64,000 bases of DNA, from positions 1 through 64,000 of the IMG/VR virus record IMGVR_UViG_3300024352_000023. One strand, 5' to 3'. Position 1 is the stretch's first letter. Each line of letters starts with the position of its first letter. Positions 17,344 through 27,452 of the stretch are shown here, piece by piece. The stretch is from a virus. The notes beneath the pieces were generated by a model that worked only from the letters and a program-made list of their open reading frames with translations, was not told where the DNA came from and did no database searches. A program made the translations under genes and the position numbers.

Positions 17344-20037
17344 GTGGCCAACAGGCGTATATCCGAGCTACAAGAACTTGCCGGCATCCAGTTAGCGGAT
17401 GGAGATCTGCTGACAGTTGTGGATGTCGGTGAGGTCGACCCTGCGATTAAGAATAAGAAGCTAACAATATCTGGCACCAAGGCATACCTTAATATCTATT
17501 ACTTACCGCGCACTGGCGGCACTGTCAGTGGTTCGGTTCTTATTGAAGACAACCTGACGGTTCAAGACCAGGCCACGATCTCTGGTCTGAATGTTAGCAA
17601 TACAACAAATATCGGAACCCTTTACGTTTCTGGTACAACAAACGTTACCGGTACGTTCAGTGGTACGACCATTACCGGTACCAACGTCAACGCAACAAAC
17701 GTAACTGCAAACACATTAAGTACTAATAGTTTTTCTGTGACCACCCTGACGGGTGTATCCGGTACTTTTACAACGATTGTTTCTGGTGCCACCGTTACTG
17801 GTAATACAGGTAACTTTGGAAACCTGGCTGCGGTTTCTGGTGTATTCAGTAACTACCTAAGAGGTGGTACTGTTACCGGCGACTTTGGTGCCTTTGGTAC
17901 TGCAACCGGTATCACCGGTATTTATACGACGTTACTGTCCGGAGCCACGGTTACTGGTACGACAGCTAACTTCACGACGGGTAACTTCCAGGTCCTGAAC
18001 GCTGGATCTCACATCATCACTGGTAACTCGACCATCAGTGGTGATCTGATTGTTCGTGGTTCTGGTTTCTTTAGTTCTGGTGTACAAATCACTGGTACTG
18101 TCAGTGGTACCACCATCACTGGTACCAACGCACAGTTCACAAACGTCACTGGCGTTAATATCATCGGCACGACCCAAGTCTCTGGTGCGACTATCACTGG
18201 TGGCCTTGGTCAATTCGGAACACTAACTGGTAACTCTGCAGGGTTTACAACGGTTACTGGCACTACCGTCACAGGTAATACCGGTAATTTCACAACGCTA
18301 AATGCAATTACTGCATTCTTTACAACTGGCATTGTTCGAGAGAACATTACAGTCACTGGTACCGCTACGGTCAACAGCGATCTTTTAGTCCGTGGTTCAG
18401 GACTCTTTAGTTCTGGTATTAACGTCACGGGTCGTGTTAGTGGCATCACCATCACCGGTGCAGGTGGTGGTTTTACAACTCTTACGGGTACTACTGTTAC
18501 CGGCTCTGTTGCCAACTTTGTTAGTGGCGTTTTTACGACCCAGGTTTCTGGTCTAAATGTAACCGGTGAATACGGACGTTTCCTGAGCTTAGAAGGGAGC
18601 GTTATTACTGGCGGTACCGTCATTGGTACGACCACTGTTTCTGGTATTTCCATCCAGGGCAACAATGGTTTCTTTGGTACCGTCACCGGAAACACTGCTG
18701 GTTTCACAACTGTCACCGGAACAACCATTACCGGTACTACTGCCAACTTTGTTAGCGGCGTCTTTACAACCCAGGTTTCTGGTCAGACTGTTACTGGTGG
18801 AACAGCACGTTTCACAAGCGGTATCTTTGGCACCCTTGTTGCTGCTTCTCATACCGTCACTGGTGATCTTGTTGTCTCCGGCAACCTACGAGTCGAAGGC
18901 TCTGGTTACTTCAGCTCTGGTGTTCAAATAACTGGGACTTTAAGCGGCACCACGATTACAGGTACGACGCTTCAGGCAACCAATATCACTGGTGTATCAG
19001 GCGTCTTTACCTCTCAAATCTCTGGTGCCACTGTTACTGGAAACTTAGCTCAATTCACAGCACTAACTGGAGGGACGGCTGGATTCACCACGGTTACTGG
19101 AACAACAGTAACAGGTACAGCTGCCAATTTTGTTGGTGGTAACTTTACAACTAGCATCACAGGCACTACCGTCACCGGTACAACGGCTAACTTCGTAAGC
19201 GGTGTTTATACAACACAAATTTCTGGTGCCTTAATCACTGGCAATGCAGTACAAGCAACAGCAATAACCGGTGTCAATGGCGTATTTACAACCCAGGTTT
19301 CTGGTGCAGTTGTAACGGGTGACGCGGGTCGATTTAGTAGTATCACTGGAATCTCTGGTGTATTTACCAGCAACCTTTCCGGTACCACAATTACTGGTAA
19401 TACGGTTTTAGGAAGCAACATCACGGGGATCAGTGGTGTATTTACTACTTCGTTAAGTGGTACAACGATTACCGGAAACACCGGTCAGTTTGGGACATTA
19501 ACGGGGAATACCGCAGGATTTACTACTGTCACAGGAACAACGATTACCGGTACGACTGCAAACTTTGTCACTCTCTCCGGTTCTTCCATTACCGGACAGA
19601 CAGCAAACGTTACTCAAATCACTGGAGTTAGCGGAGTCTTCACGGCTCAGATCTCTGGTGCAACCATCACAGGCGATACGGTTCGAGCAACGACTGGTAT
19701 TTTTGTTACTAACTCTGGCGATACGTTTATTGCGGGTGGTGCAACATTTGTTACCGGCTCTGGTGATGTTCGCCCCAGGGGTTTATTCTCTTTCCCAACC
19801 ACAGTTGGTACTGCGGGATTCGTTCTGCAAACCAATGGAAATGGTACAACATCTTGGGTTGTTCAGAGTGGTGGTGGTGGAAGTGCAATCACTACCATCA
19901 TGCAAAGCAAGATTGTGATTGACGTAAACTTTGGTCTTACTGCTGGATATAATGGATTGAGTCAAGGACCAGTTGAAATTCAAACTGGCTTCACGGTAGA
20001 CGTTCCAAGTGGGTCACTTTGGAACATACTTGAGTAG
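17344..20037 (+). CDS. Long tail fibre/spike with Thr-Gly-rich repeats
   Basis: N-terminal RRISEL..L...DLL.VVD attachment motif; many SG(A/T)T(V/I)TG / GxFTT repeats; C-terminal GPVEI..G.TV.VP.GS.W.IL motif. Confidence 0.75.
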   Translation: MANRRISELQELAGIQLADGDLLTVVDVGEVDPAIKNKKLTISGTKAYLNIYYLPRTGGTVSGSVLIEDNLTVQDQATISGLNVSNTTNIGTLYVSGTTNVTGTFSGTTITGTNVNATNVTANTLSTNSFSVTTLTGVSGTFTTIVSGATVTGNTGNFGNLAAVSGVFSNYLRGGTVTGDFGAFGTATGITGIYTTLLSGATVTGTTANFTTGNFQVLNAGSHIITGNSTISGDLIVRGSGFFSSGVQITGTVSGTTITGTNAQFTNVTGVNIIGTTQVSGATITGGLGQFGTLTGNSAGFTTVTGTTVTGNTGNFTTLNAITAFFTTGIVRENITVTGTATVNSDLLVRGSGLFSSGINVTGRVSGITITGAGGGFTTLTGTTVTGSVANFVSGVFTTQVSGLNVTGEYGRFLSLEGSVITGGTVIGTTTVSGISIQGNNGFFGTVTGNTAGFTTVTGTTITGTTANFVSGVFTTQVSGQTVTGGTARFTSGIFGTLVAASHTVTGDLVVSGNLRVEGSGYFSSGVQITGTLSGTTITGTTLQATNITGVSGVFTSQISGATVTGNLAQFTALTGGTAGFTTVTGTTVTGTAANFVGGNFTTSITGTTVTGTTANFVSGVYTTQISGALITGNAVQATAITGVNGVFTTQVSGAVVTGDAGRFSSITGISGVFTSNLSGTTITGNTVLGSNITGISGVFTTSLSGTTITGNTGQFGTLTGNTAGFTTVTGTTITGTTANFVTLSGSSITGQTANVTQITGVSGVFTAQISGATITGDTVRATTGIFVTNSGDTFIAGGATFVTGSGDVRPRGLFSFPTTVGTAGFVLQTNGNGTTSWVVQSGGGGSAITTIMQSKIVIDVNFGLTAGYNGLSQGPVEIQTGFTVDVPSGSLWNILE

Positions 20038-20078
20038 AATTAAAGTAAATTAAAACGTAAGAAGACCAGGAAAATCGA

Positions 20079-20855
20079 ATGGCTTACGGGACTTTAAAAG
20101 TTGATAATTTAACTTATACGTCAGGTGGCTCTGATGCTACAACTACCGTTAGCGGGCTGCTTGGCATTGCAGCAGGTAACTTCAATAATATTACGGCAAC
20201 TGGAACCATATCTGGAGCGACCATTACCGGTAATACAGCTCAATTCAATACAGTTACAGGTAACACAAGTCAATTCACGACGATTACAGCAGTTACCGGT
20301 ATTTTTACCACAACTCTTAGCGGTGCCACTGTTCTTGGTCCAACTCATACTGGATCTGTCGCTAATTTTAATAGTGCAAATTTTACAAGCACAGTAACGG
20401 GAACAACATTTAGCGGTACAACTATTAATGCAGTCAGCGCTAATTTTACGACCAGCATAACTGGAGTTACTGTTACAGGTATCACTGCTAACTTTAGTTC
20501 TGGCAACTTTACTACACAAGTTTCTGGTGCTACGACTCGTGATAGTAAAGGTGATGTCAGAAGCATTCCAGCAAACGCTCAGTCAACCAGTTATACCCTT
20601 GTTATTGGAGACGCCGGAAGGCATATTTCTACAACTGCAGGCGTTACAGTTCCAGCTTCTGTATTCTCTACTGGAGATGCAATAAGTATCTACAATAATT
20701 CCGCTTCAAGCATTACCATTACACAAGGTGCAAGCGTTACCCTAAGACAAGGGGGTACTGCAAATACAGGAAACAGAACACTTTTATTGAGAGGAGTTGC
20801 TACAATACTTTGCGTAGCATCTAATGAATTTGTAATCAACGGAAATATTTCTTAA
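20079..20855 (+). CDS. Tail fibre-related protein
   Basis: MAYGTLKVD N-terminus, the same T/G repeats, and C-terminal SYTLVIGDAG...ITITQGASVTL...F.I.GN. Confidence 0.65.
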   Translation: MAYGTLKVDNLTYTSGGSDATTTVSGLLGIAAGNFNNITATGTISGATITGNTAQFNTVTGNTSQFTTITAVTGIFTTTLSGATVLGPTHTGSVANFNSANFTSTVTGTTFSGTTINAVSANFTTSITGVTVTGITANFSSGNFTTQVSGATTRDSKGDVRSIPANAQSTSYTLVIGDAGRHISTTAGVTVPASVFSTGDAISIYNNSASSITITQGASVTLRQGGTANTGNRTLLLRGVATILCVASNEFVINGNIS

Positions 20856-20862
20856 GAAACAA

Positions 20863-21798
20863 ATGTCTATTCTTCAGCTATTTCTTGCAGGCACTCTTGG
20901 AAAAATATCGGGATCTGGGGGGAACTCAACCCTTACCCCTGGTGATGGTTATACATACCATGTCTATACATCACCTGGACCATTTACCGTTCTTTCTGGT
21001 CGAGGAGATGTAGAGCTATTATCCATTGGCGGCGGTGGCGGCGGCGGTGGACAAGATGGTCCTGCAGGAGGAGGCGGCGGAGGCGGCGGAGGAGCCGGAT
21101 ATTTAGTTGTACCAGTTTCTCCAAGCACATCTTTATCAGTCACTATTGGTGGTGGAGGTACTGGTGGTACTGGTTCTGCTGTAGGTACAGGAGGTGGGGC
21201 AGGGGGTACCAACGGTGGTGGTCCAGGAGGCAATGCCGGTCCAAGCGGGTCATCTGGCGGTGGCGGTGGCGGTGGCGGTTGGACAACTATTCAAAGTGGT
21301 GGCGATAATTGGGTAGTTGGTGGCGGTGGTGCTGGTGGCGGTGGATCTAACGAAGGACCTGCAAATGAAACAATTGCTAGAGGTGGTGGTTCTCCTGCTA
21401 ATAGTTATCGCCCCAATTCAAGCACTGGAGATGCGGGTTCTCCATATCCCGGAGATGGAGGTGGTTATGGAGGATGTGGTGGCGGTGTGAATAGTGTAAA
21501 TGCCTCGTCTGGTGGGGGCAGCGGCGGACAAAGTGGTTTTGGAGGTTCTAATTACTTTTATCCCGTTGTTGGGGGCAGTGGTGCAACTTATGCAGGAGGT
21601 GATGGGGCAATTCAGGGACAGAGTCCAGATCGGGCGGGTGGTTCAAGATGTCCTGGATTCTTCCCGACCAATCCTGGTTGGTCAGCTGTAATTCCAGCAA
21701 CAGCAGGAAACGGAGGCGATGGACAACCTGGTCCTTCTCCATCTGGATCAGGTGCGTCAGGTAATTCTGGAGTAGCAGTGATCCGTTACCCCGTTTAA
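20863..21798 (+). CDS. Glycine-rich tail/receptor-binding protein
   Basis: YTYHVYTSPG.F...GGGGGGG...SGVAVIRY architecture. Confidence 0.65.
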   Translation: MSILQLFLAGTLGKISGSGGNSTLTPGDGYTYHVYTSPGPFTVLSGRGDVELLSIGGGGGGGGQDGPAGGGGGGGGGAGYLVVPVSPSTSLSVTIGGGGTGGTGSAVGTGGGAGGTNGGGPGGNAGPSGSSGGGGGGGGWTTIQSGGDNWVVGGGGAGGGGSNEGPANETIARGGGSPANSYRPNSSTGDAGSPYPGDGGGYGGCGGGVNSVNASSGGGSGGQSGFGGSNYFYPVVGGSGATYAGGDGAIQGQSPDRAGGSRCPGFFPTNPGWSAVIPATAGNGGDGQPGPSPSGSGASGNSGVAVIRYPV

Positions 21799-21843
21799 AT
21801 CTTAATTTATCTGCTATGATCTGCTTATCTTAAACCTTTAAGA

Positions 21844-22464
21844 ATGGCGTTTCAAAGCGTTTGGTATTACACAGATATACCCGAAAATATTGTAGAAATT
21901 TTAGAAAAAGATTTAATAAAGTCTTTTGAGTCGAAAATGGAAGATTCAAAACTGACTGGAGATATTTTAAATAAAGAGATAAGAAATTCTGAGAATACAT
22001 GGATACCTTCTCACCATTGGATAGGTGGTTTTATTTGGCACTATGTACAAAGAGCAAATAGAGAAAATTTTTTATATGATCTTCATTGCATAGACAACGA
22101 ATCTTTGCAATATACAAAATATAAAGAAGGACAATTTTACGGGTGGCATAATGATTCAGGCTTAGCAGGTTCATATAAACCTGTATCAGTAGGTAACCGA
22201 ACAGAAGGATTAGCGCAAGATTTTTTCAATCAAAACATCGAGTTAGTGCGTAAGTTATCTTTTTCTTTGCAATTATCTGATCCAGATTCTTATGAGGGGG
22301 GGAATGTGCAATTTCTTGATGAAAAAGGAAAATCTTATTTTGCACCGAGAAGAAAAGGTACTATTGTTCTTTTTGACTCAAGAACACAACATCGAGTTCT
22401 TAAAGTAAAAAAAGGAGTTAGAAAATCCTTGGTAGGTTGGGTGGTTGGCCCCCGCTGGAAATAA
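21844..22464 (+). CDS. 2OG-Fe(II) oxygenase (prolyl-hydroxylase-like)
   Basis: YGWHND...RKLSFSLQLS..YEGG...HRV.KV..G.RKSLVGW; HxD...H triad. Confidence 0.85.
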   Translation: MAFQSVWYYTDIPENIVEILEKDLIKSFESKMEDSKLTGDILNKEIRNSENTWIPSHHWIGGFIWHYVQRANRENFLYDLHCIDNESLQYTKYKEGQFYGWHNDSGLAGSYKPVSVGNRTEGLAQDFFNQNIELVRKLSFSLQLSDPDSYEGGNVQFLDEKGKSYFAPRRKGTIVLFDSRTQHRVLKVKKGVRKSLVGWVVGPRWK

Positions 22465-22470
22465 AACATC

Positions 22471-23178
22471 ATGGAAGAAAAGCTTGTTATCGACGCAGAA
22501 CGTCAAAACACAGGAACAACTTGGACTCGCAATTCTTTTTTTGAAGAAAATGGTTATTTAATATTAAAAGATCTTTGTGATCCTCAAACTATGGAAGAAA
22601 AACCTCCAAAAGACAGGGGACAATTAAATTACTGGGGGAAAAAATTAGATCAAGTAAATCATGTCCCAATTGAAGAACAAGTTAAAGGATCCTTGTCTCG
22701 TTACTGGTACCCCAAATATAGAAAAATACACACTGAAATTAAGAATAAATTAGAGCAAAAATTAGGAAGATCTTTATATGAAACGTATTACTACGATCGT
22801 TTTTATTTTCCGGGCCAGGACTTAAAAAAACACGTAGACCGAGACGCATGTGAGATTTCAGTAACAGTTCATATAAGTACAAATTTAAAAGGAAAAGAGA
22901 AAGAATGGCCAATCTTTGTTAAAACACCTGATATTTATATTGACGAATCAAAAAAAATAATTTCAAAAAAAGGAGAGGAAAAAGGCGTGATTTTAGCTCC
23001 AGGAGATGGCATGGTTTACAAAGGATGTGAAAGACCCCACTGGAGAACACCAATGCCAGGAAAGCGAAAGTGGTTTGAGTTATTTAAAAAAGACGACTTT
23101 TATTATCATCAAATATTTTTTCATTATGTACTGCAAGATGGATGCAGATCTCATTTTGCTTTTGACACATTAAGGTAA
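22471..23178 (+). CDS. 2OG-Fe(II) oxygenase-like protein
   Basis: LKKHVDRDACEISVT...PGDGMVYKGC...HWR...QIFFHYV. Confidence 0.75.
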   Translation: MEEKLVIDAERQNTGTTWTRNSFFEENGYLILKDLCDPQTMEEKPPKDRGQLNYWGKKLDQVNHVPIEEQVKGSLSRYWYPKYRKIHTEIKNKLEQKLGRSLYETYYYDRFYFPGQDLKKHVDRDACEISVTVHISTNLKGKEKEWPIFVKTPDIYIDESKKIISKKGEEKGVILAPGDGMVYKGCERPHWRTPMPGKRKWFELFKKDDFYYHQIFFHYVLQDGCRSHFAFDTLR

Positions 23179-23221
23179 ACGTTAGGTCAATGTTTTATAA
23201 TTAGACAAAGAAGCACTTTTT

Positions 23222-23620
23222 ATGGCTGATACTTTTTTTTGGCATATTATCAACCTCAAGAGAGAGATTGATACCGGTTTTGTTTCAAACGTTGTCTGGC
23301 AATTGAACGCAACACGACAACCCCTTGGAACAAATTTTGTTACTTCAACGCCTACAGGCGTGAGCGGAGAGGTTTTGGATAGTGTTACTTTCCAGGAAAA
23401 TAATGGTCCTGTTCTGTCCGCCTCGCAAGCAGGTTCCACGGATTTGCCAAAACCTAATCCAGATATTTTTGTTCCTTATGAAGATTTGACGGAGGCCTTA
23501 GTTGTTAATTGGATTACAGATTTTCTTGGAGAAGAAAATGTTTTAGAGTTAGAAAACGCTTTAAAAATTGATTTGGATAATCAAGAAAATCCAAAAACGG
23601 CAAATGGAACTCCCTGGTAA
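23222..23620 (+). CDS. Tail-fibre-associated hypothetical protein
   Basis: FVPYEDLTEALVVNW...PW C-terminus, typical of small genes beside tail fibres. Confidence 0.5.
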   Translation: MADTFFWHIINLKREIDTGFVSNVVWQLNATRQPLGTNFVTSTPTGVSGEVLDSVTFQENNGPVLSASQAGSTDLPKPNPDIFVPYEDLTEALVVNWITDFLGEENVLELENALKIDLDNQENPKTANGTPW

Positions 23621-24626
23621 TTATGAAATAAATTTAATTTATGCGGCAGAATATTTTAAAAAACTGCCGCATCAAATTAAAGCTTGGGAATGGCTTCAAA
23701 CAGCTGTTCCCAAGGATGTTATTGATGAATTTGCCAGGCGATACAGAGATGCTCCTAAACCAGCAGAACAATTTCCCAATACGTGGGAAGGTGTTCTTGC
23801 AGCAGCAAAGAAAGCCGGTGCAAAGTTCCCGGAATGCGTTGCTGCTCAGTGGTATTTAGAGAGTGCGCAAGGAAAACATCTTTCATGCACCCATAACTAC
23901 TTCGGTATCAAATCAAAAGATGGAGAAGGTTGTTACGTCTCAACTCAGGAAGTTTACGGTGTTCAGACAGTAACCATCAAAGATTGGTTTAAAGCTTTCG
24001 ATACGTTGTATGACTGCGTTGATTACCTGGTAACTCGTTGGTACAAGGACTACAAGGGATATAAAGGTGTTAATCGTGCTAGCAATCGTAATGAATGCGC
24101 ACGTTTGTTGAAAGAAGAAGGTTACGCTACTGATCCTTCGTATAGTACAAAATTAATCCAGATCATGGATCGCATGACTGGAACCCCTGGTAATACAGAT
24201 AAACCAAAATTCAATCCCTGGAGCCCATTCACTTATAAAGTCACACCTAACATTACGTATGGAGAGTTGACGCTCAACCAGGAAGCACGTCGATTCACCA
24301 AGCAATACCAATGTGACGTAGCACTAGAGCTCTGTCAGTTCCTTGAAAAAGCCCGTAGTGCGTTTGGTAACAAACCATTGATCATCACCAGTGCTTCTCG
24401 TCCGGAGCCCATCAACACACAAGTAGGTGGTGCCAAGAACAGCGAGCACACTTATAACGCACCATCCAAAGGAGCCGTTGACTTCTACATCGAAGGAGTC
24501 GACATCTATAAGGTGCAAGCCTGGTGCGACAAGAACTGGCCTTACTCAGTAGGATACGGTGCACCAAAAGGGTTTGTGCATCTTGGCATCAGGGAAGGAA
24601 GGCCTCGCGTACGCTGGGACTACTGA
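23604..24626 (+). CDS. Endolysin: GH73 glucosaminidase-like domain plus M15 peptidase
   Basis: AAQWYLESA...NYFGIK...GYATDPSY (GH73); ITSASR...N..VGGA.NSEH...AVDF...FVHLG (M15). Confidence 0.85.
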   Translation: MELPGNYEINLIYAAEYFKKLPHQIKAWEWLQTAVPKDVIDEFARRYRDAPKPAEQFPNTWEGVLAAAKKAGAKFPECVAAQWYLESAQGKHLSCTHNYFGIKSKDGEGCYVSTQEVYGVQTVTIKDWFKAFDTLYDCVDYLVTRWYKDYKGYKGVNRASNRNECARLLKEEGYATDPSYSTKLIQIMDRMTGTPGNTDKPKFNPWSPFTYKVTPNITYGELTLNQEARRFTKQYQCDVALELCQFLEKARSAFGNKPLIITSASRPEPINTQVGGAKNSEHTYNAPSKGAVDFYIEGVDIYKVQAWCDKNWPYSVGYGAPKGFVHLGIREGRPRVRWDY

Positions 24627-24627
24627 G

Positions 24628-24789
24628 ATGAAATGTAAGAAAGATCCGCGTATACGCGTCAATATGTGCTGGGAACTTGGTGACGAAAAAAAGTGCGTCA
24701 CTCTTGAGAAGAACAACGCACTTGCAACTCGTGATTGGGTGGAAAAGCAAGGTGGAACTGTGTTTTGGTTCCAGGCCCTGCCTGATTGA
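24628..24789 (+). CDS. Small hypothetical protein
   Basis: MKCKKDPRIRVNMCW... begins right after the lysin stop. Confidence 0.4.
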   Translation: MKCKKDPRIRVNMCWELGDEKKCVTLEKNNALATRDWVEKQGGTVFWFQALPD

Positions 24790-24954
24790 TCAGCGCTGCT
24801 TGGCGCGACCGATGTTCAGAGCAATAAACTCAAGGACTTTGTAAGCCTTACGCAGGATGTCATCATCCTTAGGCGTAGGAGTCAGAGCGCAAATAGCAGA
24901 AGCTGCCGCATGAATTGCCAGTGCAACTTCAATGTATTCGTTAAGTTTGTGCAT
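24790..24954 (-). CDS. Small hydrophobic protein, holin-like
   Basis: MHKLNEYIEVALAIHAAASAICALTPTPKDDDILRKAYKVLEFIALNIGRAKQR*; near the endolysin. Confidence 0.55.
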   Translation of the reverse strand: MHKLNEYIEVALAIHAAASAICALTPTPKDDDILRKAYKVLEFIALNIGRAKQR

Positions 24955-25208
24955 GGGTATCTCCCGTTTCTTTCATTCTAACGGTCGAATATATTTTCCT
25001 CTTGTACTGCAAAAAAATCTTCCCAATCTTTTTCGGTTGCGTCTGTGATATTTGGATTGGAGTATTTGTTTTCCTCTTTGTTTAGTTTTTGTTCTTCTTC
25101 AGACATCGTAAATGCGGCAACATGGAGCGCTTGGATTCTTTTCACAATAACGCTTCCAAGCCATCTCAGGTGAATGCTTCTGTTTAAATACAGACAAAAG
25201 ACGTGTGA

Positions 25209-26123
25209 TCATGGCCTATTTGTCAGTGGGATAAAGAGATCCGGGAACTTATCATCAGGGTGATGTTGTGCGTTCCAGGCATCCCTCCATTCTGACAGTG
25301 TATGATCGTGAATAATATCAAGGAAAGATTCGTTTCCGTATTCAAGTAAGAAGAAGTCATTGGCAGCAATACCAGCAGTGGTTTGTTGCCCAATCAACCA
25401 CTCAGAACCATCCAAAACGGTAACAGTTACACCTGAAACAATCTCGCACAAATCTTGCGTAAAACCGTTAGGCTTCCCTGGCTCTGCTGAAATAACAGTA
25501 TTAACTGTAACTGGAGAATCAACGGTTACTGTTGTGACTGGATCAATTGTTGTTTCTTGCAAGAACAACGTATAGTCTTCTAATGCCAAGAAAAGTTCAG
25601 TTTGTGCAAACTCAACAACAATTCCGACTGAATAATCAATCCGTTCATTGCGTGTGGAAGATACGCAAAGCAAATAACTTCCTGCAGGCAGTGGGTAGTA
25701 ACGGTCGTCACCACGATCCAGGCGAACAGGATCAAATGAATTGTATAGATCAGACTGATGGCTCATTACCGTATCAAGATACGGAATATAAACAGAGCCA
25801 ACATTATTCAACCCTTGCCTAATGGAATCTGCATCGAAAATCGGCAGTCCATTGACAGGGTTGGTATTTAAGTCGTAAACAGAAGTTTGAATGTAATTAG
25901 GTCTGGGACCACCCTTGGCAACAATGATCCAGGCAGGGCTAACCAAGTTGATGCGGAACCAGTGGTTATACGTACCACCGCCGTAACCATTCAGACCCAC
26001 CTGGCTCAAAGGACCAAGCGTACCCGTCAAGTAACGCAAAGAAAGTTCACCAAACGTGCCAAGGTCCAGTGGATTTTCTTTTGTGCGTTGACGTTGACTA
26101 GTTTGATTGGATACCCGTGACAC
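25209..26123 (-). CDS. Hypothetical (possibly virion) protein
   Basis: 304-aa beta-rich ORF. Confidence 0.45.
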   Translation of the reverse strand: MSRVSNQTSQRQRTKENPLDLGTFGELSLRYLTGTLGPLSQVGLNGYGGGTYNHWFRINLVSPAWIIVAKGGPRPNYIQTSVYDLNTNPVNGLPIFDADSIRQGLNNVGSVYIPYLDTVMSHQSDLYNSFDPVRLDRGDDRYYPLPAGSYLLCVSSTRNERIDYSVGIVVEFAQTELFLALEDYTLFLQETTIDPVTTVTVDSPVTVNTVISAEPGKPNGFTQDLCEIVSGVTVTVLDGSEWLIGQQTTAGIAANDFFLLEYGNESFLDIIHDHTLSEWRDAWNAQHHPDDKFPDLFIPLTNRP

Positions 26124-26143
26124 TTCTACCCAACAATCCTTAT

Positions 26144-26827
26144 TTATTCATTGTACTCGGGGCGATTCTTGACGTATTCAGGGTTGGTAATGGGGTTTTT
26201 GTGATCTCTAAGAATCACCTTGGTCACATCCAGGCCGTTATGCTCCCCCTGGTTGAACATCATCAACTTTTTGGCTTCAAATTCCGTGACGCAAGGAGCA
26301 ATCGTTTGAGGAGGAAAGTTTCTGTTGAAGCTTGATACCAAGTGCAGTGGGTTGCCGCACTTTTTGTTCCCGCACAGACGTGTCACCAACAGGGATCCCA
26401 CATCCCCCCAGGCGCACTGGTAGATCGCCTTATGGATATTGACGTTTTCGGACTTCTGTTTGCTGTAGAGGGATCGGTAAGACGGAAGACACACGCGCTT
26501 GGGTGTGGTACCAGAGGGTCCATTGATTTCCCAACACTCGTCCGGGAAGGTGACGTTGACTTGCTTCCAGACCTTGGCGTACTTGATGCGGTAATCAGTC
26601 TGTAGGTAGTTCACATCAAATCCACAGACGTTACTGAGGATCTTCTTGGCGCACTCATAGCACCAATGCTCAGATGAGTCTCGGATGAGATGACCGTGAG
26701 GACAAGCAAACCCTGTGTAGTACCCCAGCTCATTGAGTCGTTCTTCCTCCAGGGACTCGATGGCGTTGACGTGCCTGAATCTCGCGAGTCCCAGCGTGGT
26801 TTCAAATGTCTTGATGAAGCTTGCCAT
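26144..26827 (-). CDS. His-Cys box/HNH-like zinc-binding protein
   Basis: CPHGH..R...CYEC and CWE...H...Y...RLCGNKKCGNPLHL. Confidence 0.55.
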   Translation of the reverse strand: MASFIKTFETTLGLARFRHVNAIESLEEERLNELGYYTGFACPHGHLIRDSSEHWCYECAKKILSNVCGFDVNYLQTDYRIKYAKVWKQVNVTFPDECWEINGPSGTTPKRVCLPSYRSLYSKQKSENVNIHKAIYQCAWGDVGSLLVTRLCGNKKCGNPLHLVSSFNRNFPPQTIAPCVTEFEAKKLMMFNQGEHNGLDVTKVILRDHKNPITNPEYVKNRPEYNE

Positions 26828-26828
26828 C

Positions 26829-27191
26829 TCAGTTCAGAACGGTGGTTTGACGACGGTTGCGGCGAGTACGTGGTTGCTTTTCCTTCCGCGACTCAAGCCA
26901 CAGCTCAGTAGGCAGCTCATGCTTGGGGCAATCCTCAGGACGCTTCACGTCTGCGTTCCTGGGGTCTTCGCCCGTACGCAGGTAGTACACGATGCGGTGG
27001 GCGTGCAGCTTTTGGTTGTCGATAGAGACCACGTAGTACCTGCCGTGGTGCTCCAGGTACCCAGCCATATCACCTTCTTTATGGCGACCAGTGGTTTCTG
27101 CCCACTCCAGGCCACTGGGGTACTTGTCGGTCAGTCTCAATCTTTGTTGCATGTATCTCAATGGAGGCATCGGTCGGTACTGACGGGCCAT
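26829..27191 (-). CDS. Degenerate HNH homing endonuclease-like protein
   Basis: AG...YYVVSID...LHAHRIVYYL.TGEDP N-terminal half; the DH..N catalytic part is not evident. Confidence 0.45.
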   Translation of the reverse strand: MARQYRPMPPLRYMQQRLRLTDKYPSGLEWAETTGRHKEGDMAGYLEHHGRYYVVSIDNQKLHAHRIVYYLRTGEDPRNADVKRPEDCPKHELPTELWLESRKEKQPRTRRNRRQTTVLN

Positions 27192-27391
27192 GGCAGGTAG
27201 GGCGGACTTTCGGACTTTACAGTATTATCTATCTTTCTATGAGCTAAATAACAACTCGTAGCATCTTGTCATTAAAAGGACTATGACATCTTATTTCCTA
27301 TTGTCATTTACGCCACGTAAGGATTGAAATACCTCTAAAGTCCGAATCCCTGACCTGCGCTTTTGGTCTCATCATGAGACTGCCTTTCCAT

Positions 27392-27421
27392 AAAAAAGCC
27401 CCTCGTTGCGTCGAGAGGCTT
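27392..27421 (-). terminator. Rho-independent terminator downstream of glycosyltransferase
   Basis: Minus strand AAGCCTCTCGA-CGCA-ACGAGGGGCTT followed by a T-run. Confidence 0.6.
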
Positions 27422-27452
27422 CATCCACCCATGCGGATCGTCCGGTCAGATC

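Noticed and set aside
17344-21798. Diversity-generating retroelement acting on the tail fibres
   Set aside because: No reverse transcriptase is present and no TR/VR pair differing at adenines was seen; the repeats are degenerate protein-level repeats.
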